DNA of 56,816 nucleotides, the filler included, from Perkinsus olseni (Eukaryota), in assembly GCA_013115125.1 (NCBI GenBank). It is 3 parts of 3 records of this genome, joined end to end, with 100 filler letters (N's around TTAATTAATTAA, not from the genome) between each part and the next. Parts side by side here need not be neighbours in the genome. Positions count along the whole stretch, not along the records: positions 1 to 19,026 come from JABANN010000605.1; positions 19,127 to 37,932 come from JABANN010000608.1; 1 more part is not named here. The stretch is one strand, 5' to 3'. How positions within the stretch are numbered: position 1 is the first letter of the stretch; every line of letters starts with the position of its first letter. The notes beneath the pieces are model-generated. The model was not told the origin of the DNA. It saw only the letters and a program-made list of their open reading frames with translations, and searched no databases. The translations under genes were made by a program, and so were the position numbers. This document shows, one piece after another, positions 11,801-24,118 of this stretch.

Positions 11801-14800
11801 CAGTGCGGGTACGATCTAGTACGGAATACGGTACGGGTACGAGTACGCCTCCGTAACCGTACTACCCGTCGCGCGGGTTCCCTCAGTACCGTACTAGTAC
11901 GCCGTACTTGAAGTACGGCGTAATTCAGTACACGCATGCGTTATTTAATATATTTAATACGTACTAGTTCTCCGTACCCGTAATAGGTGTTCAGTTTGAA
12001 TCGTACTGCGTACCGTACTTTCCTCGATCCCAGTACGCTTGCCCAACTCTAGTGTCTTTTGTAGCCTAAAATATTTCTCGGCATCTCAGGTGTCCCCTCG
12101 CTTCTCACTGTGTAGCCGCACATGTCGTATTGGAGAAGCGGTGAGAGGGAATTTCGTGGCGCGCGGTAATTCCACTAGTGTCGTCCTCAGAAGCGCAACA
12201 GAATTTGGCTGTGCTCCTCCTGTTGTCGTTGATTCGTCCGGCGGCCTTTTGGCTGAGTATATACGGAAATGGTGGAGGTGGTTGCGGAGGGAAGAGCGCG
12301 CTGGTACTACGGGATTGGGTGGTGGTAGGGGCCGCGACCAACGTAGAGGTTCTCAAGGGACCTGCGGCACTCCTCCCTCCCTCCGTCGAGTATTCACGCC
12401 TGCCGTTCCCGCTATTGGCGCGAGACGTGAACTGGCTGGTCGTTGGTCGCGTCTTAGTTTTTTACTCTATCGCAGCCTCGATCCCCTTCCCACTCAGTTT
12501 CTCTGTTCGTTGCGCCTTTAGTCGTCGTAGAATTTCTTTACGAAGGAAGTATTTTTGGTGGGGTTTTTTTCCGGAATGTTTCCTCTGGTATTGATGTGTT
12601 CGACTGTATGTTCTTAACCGGCGCCTTGTTTATTAGTCATATTTTTACTATTTTATATATATTATCACGTAAGTTATCGATAATATATATTATAGCCAGT
12701 GACTTATATTTGTTACCAATATAATATGGAAATGAAACCATGGGCATAAAATATGAATATTATTTAGTATTAATAAATAATGGTAGGCATTAGCTGGCTT
12801 GTATTCATTCCCGTCAGCCGCGGCCTCTACGCCTGAGAGACGGTTATGGTCGCGTGTGTAGCATAAACATGAACTTGGATGGTTATTGGAGGTCGATGGC
12901 AATCAACGACACGACCGTCGCTGTTATCGTGGCATAATAATAGGCATAATTTAGCGAGAATCATTTGGGCAATCAGTAGTACTGTATAATTTACAGCGTA
13001 CATATAATATATACAGTACTACTGATTATCCTAATATATATTATATGTAGCGCCTTTTTCGGAAAGTCCATTATCACAAAACATGATACATTCAGCCATG
13101 CAAGACAACAAGTCTACTTAATCTGTCTTATTCTGCGAGCTGGGGCTAGTACTGAGCGGTCCGACTTCAACTATATAGCGCTTTAGGAAACCAACACCAT
13201 GTCGTTATGTATTAGTGAGAGGATGCGGGGGATGTATGGTATGAGCCAGCGTCTCCAAGCGACTGTCTTCGATGCCATAGCTCGATCTCTCAACTTGAAA
13301 AGTCGCAAGAACAGGAGGAGGAGGTTATCTATTGTTAGGTGACCATGCTCCAGTAGACGTCCTCGAGAACGCTCGTGTGATGGAAATATTGCTCGGCGAG
13401 GGCAAGCAATTATGGCGGGTAGAAGGAGATGCTTGTGGCCAGGAGATCTCCTCAGGAGACGAACTGCACGTGAGGTTGTGCGGGACGCTCGGAGGTGTTG
13501 GTTGTTGAGCGGTTCCACTCGAACTAGCATGCAGAGGCCTGGCTGAGTCTGAATCGGCGCTGTGGGGGCGATAGTTACCGAGGCCGCAAGGCTGGACACT
13601 GAATGCCTATCGATGACTTAGAGAAGTCTTTGAGCTTCTTAGATTTTTATCGGAAACCCGAGAAGAACGTGTTCCCAGTTTTTTCGCTCGGAACTAAATT
13701 TCTGAGGCGTTAATGGAATTCGTGCTAAGTATCATTCTGAGTTCAATATTGGGCGGAAATAGAAATAGCATCAGACCTGTTTGTAATCAATAGCATTAGC
13801 AAGAAATGTGTTCTTCGACTGTGGACGAACAGGAGTGGTTTTCCACAGACTGCGTGGCTGCATATCGCTTTTGGTTGATCACGCATGATCTTTCGCAATT
13901 ATGTAGATGGTATCTTCAAAATCGATCACGTGATCGATTTAGGTATCTTATCAGCGTTATGGTCCACGTAACATAGCCACGGGCGAGGTCACTGAAGTGT
14001 CAAGTCAAGGGTCGAGAATAATAGTGGTTCTGTCCATGAGGGATGACGGAATGCCGGACATCCCTCCCACTCATGGCGACATCGAGGACCTCGAGCGCAT
14101 GGCGACTGATGCGAACAAAAGTGTTTACGTCAATTCCAAGCGGTTGTTTAAGCTCACGAGAGTCGACTGGGGCAGTGCTGGCCAGACCAAGCGGAATCGA
14201 TCTCTCCTGCTTGAGCTCGCTCACGATAGCAGTGGCAGGGGATGGGCGGCTATTTTGGCGGGAGCAGCGAAGGTGCAGCTGCCGAGATTGCGGCCGTGGG
14301 TGGCGGTCCCGGTGCCGTACGAAATCAGACCGGCGTTCGAGACGCTGAATGAGGGACAGAAGCGGGCTGTGTGCGCAGCGCTAGAGCTAGTTCGTCAGGG
14401 TGGCTCAGAATTGACTGGAGATCGATGGGCTCTGCCGGTTTGTGGATACCCTGGGACGGGGAAGTCGAGTATGCTGGCTGTGCTGTTGCTCGGGCTGAGG
14501 TATGGCAGTGAAAGAAGAGTACTGCTGGTCAGCCATACTCATACGGCTGTTGATAATCTTCTGTTGAAAACTAAGGAGTTGGCAGGAACCAACAACTTGA
14601 AGGACTTCGAGTAGGTTGGGAGTGAGCTGGTTCATCAGTTTTAGGCTTGGGTGGGGTGCCGTTCTGGCTGTAGAAAAGTGTGGCCGAAAAAAGGGAAAAA
14701 CTTCTATGTTTCCACTGTTGATAGTAGTGTGAGGATTGTGCTTGTTTTCGTCTTAAGTACGTAACGCCTGGCGCTGAAGTCCTCGGAAACTCTTAGAAAA

Positions 14801-17800
14801 TTTACGGAATACTACCTCTATGAATGAATATCGCTTTGCTGTTTCTACTATAACAAATTCTGATCAGGGTGGGAATCATAGCCGTACGGACGTTTTATTT
14901 TTTCATGTGCTACGCTCGCTGACGTTCTCTCTGCGTCGCTCTGTTCAGCTTCGTGCGCCTGGGTCGGTCCTCATCGACCTCGGTCAAGCCTGAGCTGGCC
15001 GAGCACTACCCTCCGTCAGAATGGCCGTCGGTGGAGAGTATCTCAGACTTCCTCCGCACGAGGGTGAGCAGGTGAAGCAGGAGGAATCTTTTTTTCTGTC
15101 CGTTGCCAGGGCGGTCGGCTTGTGGCGTGCACAGCTCTAGCGTGTCACAATGCATTGCTTTGGCCGCCGAAGCCGCCGAATGAGGAAGACGTCCCCACAC
15201 AGCCGCCCAGAGTTAATTCGAGCCAACCGAAGGTGCTGATCGGAGTTGGCAATTTTTGTTGCTATGATGAATTGCGGTATCAGATTTTGGATAAAGGATT
15301 GCCACAGCCGCCCGATTTCGATATAGTATTGGTGGATGAAGCGGGTCAAGTAAGGTTATCGGGGATCTTTCCGGACAATGTCGACCGTAATTCTCGTATG
15401 CAATGATCTTGTAAAACCGCCCTCCGTTTCGACGCGCACCCGACCCCCTGCAAGGCTTGCTACTGACCGACCCTGGGGCTCGGGAATACGGTTCTTCTTT
15501 ACCTACTGAAGGGTGTAACTACGATGAAGGTCCTCTTTCTGTACTGTATGTATCACTCACTCTTGCATACGTAAGAGCGACCACTGGCCGTTTGATTTTG
15601 ATTGTTAGGACTGATTCCGGGATCGACCCGGTCTGTTTTCAGAACACCTTGTGTAACTAGGACTCTATCTTCCGTGAATTATTCTTGAAGCCTTTGGGCG
15701 TTCCAATTGAACATGACAGACGCTCTCTGTCTGAGAGTCTCTGTAACAAAAATCGATTTATTGAGCTCTCAATATTCGAGCCTCCGCCACTGAGAGACTC
15801 GCTCGAGCCCGGTCAGGATAGCCACGAAAATGAGCTGTCTGATTCTTGTCCCCTGCAAGACGCCCTTTGGTCCATGTTATGGGTTTATCAGTATGGGGAC
15901 GGCGACGCGGGATCGGGGCACCTGCCTAGCGAGAGCCGCGATCTCTACGAGAGCTCCATAGTGGGGTCAGTCTCGGCCTGTCCCCTATTGTCCATTGCAG
16001 CGGCCGAGTGCCGAGCAAATATTCCGCGTAGTGTTGTGGCATTTTCGCAATTGGCAAGCCTGGGGCTGGCAGCTTGGATACGTGCCGGTAGATTCCCGCG
16101 TTAATAGCAGGAAGAAGGTCCCGGTGGCTCCGGGGCCCGTCTACGTAGCCCTTTCTCGAGCACGCACGTCGGAGACCTTGATCATTCTGGGCACGTTATT
16201 ATTGTCACCGAGCTTCTCGTAAAGCGAAAGCCGAAATGGAGCGGTTGAGAGCTATTCCGACTCACCTTTCCTCGAGCAATGTTTCCATGTCGCGGCATTG
16301 CATACGTTTGCCTAACGTACCTTGACGTAACTGGACCGAGTTCTGGCAACGAGTCGTTTGGTTCTCGTTGCCAGAACTCATGAAAGACAAGAGGTGTTCG
16401 GTAGATGAGTTGTGTATTTACGCTCGGTATGTCTTGACCGTCGCTCTACGTGTTCGGCGAGCAATGGGTCCGACACGGACGATATTCTCCCGCAAGTGTT
16501 CAAGAAGGCCTCATAAGTCAACGACCAGAGTACCTAAGTTACTCTAGGAGTCATGGCTCAACGATGATGGATGATGCTCCACGATTTAATCGTCCTTGGT
16601 ACCCATATTACGGATAATGTCAAAGATATCGTCGAAGGGTTGAAGCTTCTGAAGATCTGAACGGCTCATGGCGATTGCCACCTGTGCTTCGAGCTGACAC
16701 TACCAAGAGCAGAAAGGCATCGCTCGAGTGGTCGTTAGTTGTTCGTTGTCAACTTCGTCTTATAGAGTTCCATTCTCGATGATCACTTTCAGTAATTTTC
16801 TAGGGGGCTTGCCATCTGGGAAAATGATGTTCTTCATCGGAAGGCGCCGTCTCAAAAAGCCTCTCTCTGGCACGGGCTGAAGGCATTGACAAATAGCACT
16901 TCCTTCCTCTTGATGGGAATTAAGATGCGGATCTCATCGCAGGCCGCGGACTCGACGTTGTGGTGCTCTTTGAAGCTGGCCACTCGGGGAGCGATTCTAG
17001 TAGGAGATCAATACCAGTTGCCGCCTGTCGTTAAGGACAGGTGAGAAGAGGGCGCTTGCTATCAACTGTAGAAAATATTCTTCGCGGTTGTACGAGAGAA
17101 TGGTTTATCACCCACGCTGTATGTTCGCTTCAGGAAGTGCCGCGATGAGGGCATGTCGGAGACCCTCTTCGCTCGTTGCGCTCGCGAAGTGGCGTCGATA
17201 GAGCTGACGGCCCAGTACAGGATGTGCCGTGGTATACAGAGATTCGTGAATGAGCTCTTCTACGAGGGGAAGTTGAAATGCGGCAGTCGGGAAGTTGAGG
17301 ACGCCAAGATGCCGGTAAGGACTCTGTGTGCTGCCACGTGTATCGATTCTCACTTCATTCGTGATACGAGGGAAGTGAACAACCGGTGGCTAAAGTCCTA
17401 AGACGTTGGTCATGAATTAGGCGTTCAACTGGACGTTGTGAATTCTCTTTTTGATTGGATTGATCGAACTGGAAGTCGGTCGTATCATCACTGATGATTC
17501 ACCAGTGATATTGTAGAGTGGATAGGGCGAGTCGAAGTTCCCATTCGGAACTCTGTTCATTCGCCTATTGTATGCAAACCTCACTAGCGTACTATTTATT
17601 TATTGTTCATGCGAGAGAGACAATTGCGCAGTCACACAGAATTCTACGCTGTATTTTATCGGGACAATTTTGCTACCTCGCGGATCTCCCAGGGTTGATT
17701 GTAGCAGCTCGTGAAGCATCGCGCGTTCGTCCAGTGGACATATGACGTCTTCACGACTCTGCAAAACTAGTTATCGAATGGTCCTTCTTAGCGTGTCTTC

Positions 17801-19026
17801 ACCACAGCCCTGGCGGGTCCCTGGATAGAGGAGATGTGGAATCCCGAGCAGCCTGTTGTGATGATAGACGTTAGTCAATGGCGATCAGCTGCAAAAGAGG
17901 AGTTCATATCGGCCGCGGATGAGAAAGAGGATGGCAGGGTTTACAGTCGAGCGGAGGCCCAGGTGACGTGACGCGCTTATCTCCTTGAGGGAGACTCCCT
18001 CCTTGTGACTGTATCGCGTCCGATTCGTGTGTGCGTGTGCGCTTTCTCTTGTCAGTTTACCGCTTAGTTGCGCTAGTGTACTTCCGGTGATCAGGTCATC
18101 AAGTCGTTCGTAACAACAGTACCGCGACACAGCGTGGCGAGTGAAGACATGGTGATTCTCTCGCCTTACGTGAAACAAGTCAAATTAATACAAGGCTTGC
18201 TGGCTGCTGGTGACAGATCAGGTAGGTTCTCTCTAGCTCGCGAGTTTAGCTTGCGTTCTGTGTATAGCCACTGTGGGTGGTATCATTAACGCGAGACTTC
18301 TCGTTTCATTGAGCACTGTATGTCCGGAGGCCACCCTCATTGTAGTGCTATTCCGTTCGACGCGGGTAGCTGGTGGTAGCCCCCTTCACAGGGGCTGCCT
18401 CACACTGGGCGGCTACTAGCTCCCCTGTGAAAAGCCTTTCGCTGGAAGAAAGCTGGGCGCCTCGGTCTCCCTGAGAATGCACTAGTGGGTGTGTTGATTG
18501 AACTTATGCTCCGCAGATGTCGAGATTATGACGGTCGATCGGTCTCAAGGCAGAGACTGGAAGGTGGTGGTCATCTCGCTAGTGCGGTCAAGGAGCCTCG
18601 ATAATGAGCGTGGTGGCGACGCTTCCACTGATGTCCTTGGTGAGTATTTTCCTGCTTTCACATAATTTCACTTGGCCTGCGTACCGCTCCTCTCCCAACT
18701 TCCCCCTGTACCACAGGTGTGCTCGTCTGTCATTGGTCCGTGAATTACAATTTGCATGTCTATATTAAAATTCTCAGTGTTGAACTCTGCATGACCATAT
18801 CAGTGTAGTAGAAAGATGAACTTATGACTCATAAGTTATGAGCTATACAGAACAACAGGAAATCACAGAGACAGAGTGATTGTCGTTATAGTAGAGATGT
18901 CTCTGAATCACAACATATCTTTGCTGCTTCTTGAAAGATTGAGGTTCCCAAAACAGGTTTGTTGGACGATTGGCGTCGGCTCAACGTGGCAATTACTCGA
19001 GCGAAAGTGAAGGTTATCATAGTCTG
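8833..19026 (+). CDS. DNA2: DNA2 nuclease/helicase (multi-exon, several very long introns, 3' end cut by gap)
   Basis: Nuclease exon 10237-10971 (PCHRK, GNAVH, FGLKGKIDA, LEIKTG, HMGQVMLY); SF1B helicase motifs in later exons: LNEGQKRAV, GYPGTGKS, HTHTAVDNLL, FVRLG, FDIVLVDEAGQ, LVGDQYQLPPVV, LTAQYRM, TVDRSQGRD, DWRRLNVAITRAK. Confidence 0.9.
9914..9985 (-). tRNA. tRNA-Asp(GTC), inside DNA2 intron (9891-10236), antisense to host
   Basis: Reverse complement TCCGCTG-TAGTATAGTGGTGAGTAT-T-CCCGC-CTGTCAC-GCGGG-AGAC-CCGGG-TTCAATT-CCCGG-CGGCGGA-A, followed by TTTT and TTTTT runs (Pol III terminator). Confidence 0.96.
11788..12052. mobile_element. GTAC-rich MITE-like insertion in a DNA2 intron
   Basis: Dense GTAC/CGTAC motifs in both orientations; degenerate termini TGGAGGTGGGC ... 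GCCCAACTCTA; internal palindrome at 11898-11922. Confidence 0.45.
15995..16222 (+). pseudogene. Degenerate PIF1/Helitron-like helicase C-terminal fragment inside a ~1.6 kb DNA2 intron
   Basis: GWQLGYVPVD...PGPVYVALSRARTSETLII resembles PIF1/RecD motifs V-VI (QG.TL..V.VD...GQ.YVALSR); DNA2's own motif VI lies at ~18970. Confidence 0.45.
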
Positions 19027-19126
19027 NNNNNNNNNNNNNNNNNNNNNNNNNNNNNNNNNNNNNNNNNNNNTTAATTAATTAANNNNNNNNNNNNNNNNNN
19101 NNNNNNNNNNNNNNNNNNNNNNNNNN
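19027..19126. other. Assembly gap with artificial six-frame stop spacer
   Basis: N-run flanking TTAATTAATTAA (19071-19082). Confidence 0.97.
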
Positions 19127-19150
19127 TGCATCTCGCGTGCCGACTAAATT

Positions 19151-19240
19151 GCTCTGGGGTTTTACTAATTTGGTCTGGGCTTTATTAAATCGCTCTGGGG
19201 TTTTACTAATTTGGGCTGGGGTTTTACTAAGTAGGTCTGG
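19151..19240. repeat. ~20-bp tandem repeat (CTGGGGTTTTACTAATTTGG-like, ~4.5 copies)
   Basis: Directly visible next to the gap edge. Confidence 0.8.
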
Positions 19241-20399
19241 AAATGGTGTAGAGAGAGTGCATCAGGGGAAGAAAGTATTTTCATTCAGCGTTTTTGAGAA
19301 TAAATTTGTATTACTATTAAGATGGGGATGGAAATTTTGTTTGGTTCGGTAGTACTCGCCCATGACTTTTTACGGTGTGAGCCTAGTTCGTTACTAGTGT
19401 TCAGCGCTCAGCGTGTTCATTACCTGCTTTTTCTTGTGGAGGTCGATTTTGTGTTCGATCGTGGAAGTTGCGTAAAACTCTGAAATGGCGTTCTCCGCAA
19501 CTCATTTTTCTCATCCACTCCGATTTCAGTGCGGAGACGGAGGGCCTGCGATTTGAAGTTCAAATTCAAAGTTCAAATTTTGACCCGAGGACTGTTTCCT
19601 TTTGTCAGAATCCTCAGCTCCGATGGAGTTCGGAACCATTTCTAGTGGGCTTAGTCCTTCACGGCATGGCGAAGGTAGTAGCTACTTCGTATGTTGCCAG
19701 AGTCAACCTAAAGATTCTCCTCAGGTCGATTTACGACATAGCGGCTCGTTAAAGATTCTCTCTCGTGCTTTCACCCACCATTGCAGAAGATACGCTGAGC
19801 TTCAACGACAGGAGGTAGTAAAGATATGCCAAGGCTGATTAACATCTGGGATTTCCATTTCTCGTCTCTGGAAGCCCGTGGTCCCTCTGGGGCTCCCCGG
19901 AAATGCGACCCCTGTGAAAATTAAGTTATGGTCCCGGTGGGCCACTGCACCACTTCCCTCACTAACGATTTATGATTTCATAATGGGAATTCATTGAATT
20001 CATGAATTTTCTGATTTTATGAAAGGGCACTTGCGACTCACTAATTTGCTTTTCAATATAACAAAAGTTTTTCTCGTGAAACGGAAGCGAAAAGATACAT
20101 ATCGATCACGTGAAATTGAAGTGGAAAAATGTGAAACGGAAGTGGCAAATCATCAAATCGAACGGGAATGGTGCGGTACGGATCATCACAATGACACGGC
20201 GCAGAAAGATGTATCAATAGTATATAAATATTGTACCGCACTTGGACTGGGCTATTAAGGAGCATTGATGGTACCAGTCTCAGACTGGCAGTCTGGGTAT
20301 ATAATGGCTGACGGTCACTTTTGTAATTGGCCATTCATCTTAAGCGACCATGCCCCGCATACAAGTTTTTTTTCGCGGCGGACCAACGGAAAATTGGAA

Positions 20400-20860
20400 G
20401 GGCGGCGTTTGGAGCCGGGGGGCCATCGGAAGTTCACTTTGAGAAATCTGGTGACTGCTCCCGGAGTGAGTCAGGATGTGAGCGGTGAGACAGTGGGGTG
20501 GTTCCCAAGGATGCTGCGGGAGTCTGGGGAGCCGAGACGAAGTTGAGTTGGGGATTGAAACCCACCCACAAGGCTGCCAGAGTAGCATGGGCCTCGAAAC
20601 CTGTCATCGGTGGAACGAAATTTGGTGAGTTTGTTTTCTTCGATGAAAAGAATTTCTTTCTGGAGGGTCCTATGGGGTGTTCCATCACTTGAAGCCCACT
20701 GAGACAGCCGACATTCACAGTCACGCACGTATAATGGGGGGCACAATTATGGTCTGGGGACCCATCTGCGGCAAGTGTTGGGCGTATGGCTGTAGTGGAT
20801 ACTCGTCTGGACTCAATGAAGTATCATAACCTGTTCTCTTACCATATACTGCCACGCTGC
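20400..20860 (+). mobile_element. Degenerate Tc1/Tc3-type transposase fragment
   Basis: LKPTHKAARVAWA, FVFFDEKNFFLEGPMG (cf. VIFSDEKKFNLDGPDG), GTIMVWG (cf. GGSVMVWG), RLDSMKYHNLFSYHILP; interrupted by stops and frameshifts; truncated before the second D and E of the triad. Confidence 0.75.
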
Positions 20861-20890
20861 CTAACGTTGAATCAACGTTCAACAAGCTTG

Positions 20891-20963
20891 TGCCAGCCAA
20901 GGAAGCCTTGACAGCCAAGGAAGCTTTTGACAGCCACGGAAGCCTTGACAGCCAAGGAAGCCT
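20891..20963. repeat. 18-bp tandem repeat TGACAGCCAAGGAAGCCT x4
   Basis: Four near-identical adjacent units with no spacers. Confidence 0.9.
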
Positions 20964-21588
20964 GAACAACGTCGTTGATGAGTCTCGTAATTTCTCCTAC
21001 ACGAGAGTGCACTGCACTGAGTGGAGCACCATATGATTGTACTACGATCATCGTAGTACGAATCGTACTACATCGTACTGTACGATGGAGATCTATGACC
21101 ATGTCCAAGATGCTTGTTGACGACATGTTTATTAGGAAGAAGCACCCCTTGCTCATTCAAAACAGCGCGATACCCTTCGAAGCCGATCTTCTGTTCGCTG
21201 ACATTGATCGTCGCATTGATCGTACGTCGGAGGCTTCTTCGCCAAGCTTCGCATTGACGCCAGATCGGTGATCAGGGCGGTAGAATTCAAGGTTGCGGAT
21301 AGTCTCTGCCGGCAGCTACTACTACGCTCCAAAATTGCCTTCAAGGGTATTGGCAGTACACTTTCGACTGGCGAGAATGTGCATGAATAATTGATGGCGG
21401 GATAGAACTCATCGTCTTCTCGTGATGCCACGGTACCATTCTCAGTGCCACTGAGTCAGTGACAAATTGTCACTGACAATGTATTTTTGTGTTACACTAT
21501 TCTTGACAATGGCATTACGATACAGCCTCGTTATTAATGATAATCCGCGTTCATGCTACAATACCGTTGTCAATGATGATTTACTCAG

Positions 21589-24118
21589 ACACTAGCGGTG
21601 GGCCTCAACGCCTTGGCTCGATTGGATTGGCGGTCGAGGAAGATGCGGCTGTACGCGGAACAGGCTGTAGCCACTCGATTAAGAAGGGCATTGCAGTTGG
21701 ATAATGGTATGTGAATTTGAGTTGATCTCCATACCACTCCTTTCGTAACTTAGCATTGGATCGGACTAAGGGAAGGGATAATGATACCTTCGATATGCAG
21801 TCCCTCTCACTGCTGGCCCAGAGGTAACGGGGAAAGCAGGTGCGTTGCTTGAACTCTGCTCATCCGTTCCTGTTCTCAGCTTGTTTCCAAATTTTCATAC
21901 TCGCATCACACGGGGAAGATAAGAACAGCGATCACAAATTGTAGTTGGAACTCTGAATGAAAATTCTTTACGTTTTTGCTCTTATCGTGGCCGACTGGCA
22001 AAATCAGTTGAATGCTCTATCCCTCGTTGGTGAAACGCAGTTTGTGAACCCTAGTTTACAACACTGGTAATAGCCGGCGGTTCTAGCCTATTAGTCAGCT
22101 ATTGGCGGACTATTTTTTAACCATTGCGCCATATGATCGTGGATAGTTCGTCATTCTCTTCTCTTCCCTCAGTCTAGTTTCCCTCGCTGATGAGCTCCCG
22201 TCCACCTCGGTATTGAGAGATTTGTTCTCCCTTGCCAGTACATCCACCATGGGAGTGATGGGCAGGCGACTACACACAAAAGAAGGTGAGCAGAGGGCAC
22301 TCTGAGCGTTACGGATGTTGTGGTACTCCGTGGTTAAGCTGGTGAGAAAGTGATTTCACTAGCTAAGCTAGTGCCACTACTAACTGCTACTAGCACTAGT
22401 GCTACTGCTAAGCTACTAACTAGTTAAGCTGATACTTCATGAAAAGAGTTATATTGTTAAGCATGATACCTTGTAACATTGAAGGTGATCGACGTAGTTT
22501 TATTTCGGGAAGGTCCCGTTTTCGGTCCTCGGTGGAGGTGATTTTCGGTATTTAGTTGGAAGCAATCAAGTCCCTGCCGGACAACTTGCCCAACTCCGAG
22601 TATTCAAGAATGCGTGTCAAATTCTCAAATACTGCCGACCGAATGCAGTTGAGGAAATGTAAGAGAGCAAGAGAGTGCAAGGCTTCGCTAAGCGCCTATC
22701 GGTCAGGTTCAACGATGCTGAGTTTGGTGAAGATATTCGGCAATTTTTTGAGGCGGCGTTGGCGAACACGAAGGCGCCGACAAGACGGATACGCCCTCGC
22801 TGGGCCAACGAGATGTAACGAGAATTGGCGGAAGCCAGTCGTTACCGTAACTATAATCGAGCACAGCTCGGACGGACTAGAGTCGATCGGTGGGAGACAC
22901 AACTGCCATTTGCATATTTGCGCCGAACTGTGATGGCTATACTAACAAGTCGCATTTCCTAGCATTTTTGTAATTTCGTGGCGCGGTGACGGTAGGTAAT
23001 GACGAGTGCATAGGGTGATCAATAGGCTGCTGCCTCTCCTGGATTTCCGTAGCGCTCCAAGGATTCAATTTAACGTGTAAACGGTGATCTTGAGAATGCT
23101 GTTGAACTGAGGAGAGGCGGCATTCTACTGGGTACTCGGTATGCTGTTACTTTATTTTGAATGGGTGTTGGGTAAAATATTCGTTATATTTCTTCGGAAT
23201 AATTTCGTGGCGCAGTGACGGTTGCTGTTGCTCAGCTACTGGTTACTGAAGGACCATATGAAAGTGCGTGTGAAAAGTCGGTCGTTGGTCGATAATGAAT
23301 GTATGGATATCTTAATGCATGCTGACCCTAGAGGGGTTGAGCCGGGAGAGACCACGATGGAAGAAGATACGCCGGGGCGAGCGAAAAAGCACAAAAGGAG
23401 GCGGTATGAGGTTGTTGTGGAGTGCTTGGGGCCGTATGCGTAAGAGTTGAGAAAATGCAAGAATTGTCAAGATTGCAAGATTTCGGGACAGGTTTTACGC
23501 GGATAGCACTAGGAGGACATCAGTGTCGAAACTTCATCAGCGGTTGCTGGAACTTCAAGGGTGAGATGGTATCTTAGGTTGATCATGGTAAGATACAAAA
23601 TAGGTCAACGTGAGTCCATTGCAGATATGTGGTGATGGCAATACCCTATTACGAGTGGCGTGAGTTGAAGTCGCTGGATGATAAATTACTTTATTTATAC
23701 AGTCTGGGACGGAAGGTTTATAAGCGGATAAAAGAAAAGGAAGAATTAACACAGAAGGAAGCAGCAAAGGGGATGACTGTTAGTTTTAATACAGGTGCGT
23801 TGAGGAATTGCAAGTGATGGTAAGATTACGAGATTTTACCTTATAGCTGAAGTCCAAGCTGCAATGCCAGAGGATGACTGGTGGTCTTCTGACTCTGATT
23901 GCTGTGATGAGGGAGTTTACTTGTCAACGGGTTTGATTAGAAACGCTGAGGGAGTTCACAAGTGAGTTGGGGAAATGCAAGATTGAGCAAGAGAGCAAGA
24001 TTTCAGGTTATCGCCGTTGATGGTGGAGGGAGATCCGAGGCCTTCAGCAACGGTCCTATCAGAGTTGACCGCTAATTTGATGGAAGATTATCATCAAGAT
24101 GATGAGGAGAAAGGATGA
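21589..24118 (+). CDS. RAP-domain protein with helical-repeat-like N-terminal part (5' partial, multi-exon)
   Basis: Spliced RAP domain EVVVECLGPYA/FYADSTRRTSVSKLHQRLLELQG/YVVMAIPYYEWRELKSLDDKLLYLY; upstream exon TLAVGLNALARLDW resembles HPR/OPR repeats; intron phases consistent from 22172 to stop TGA 24116-24118. Confidence 0.8.

Noticed and set aside
19071-19082. TTAATTAATTAA between N-runs (also 37977-37988)
   Set aside because: Artificial scaffold spacer with stops in all six frames; adjacency across the gaps is not guaranteed
20891-20963. 18-bp repeats as a CRISPR array
   Set aside because: Units are directly adjacent with no unique spacers; the same applies to 19151-19240 and 27107-27204
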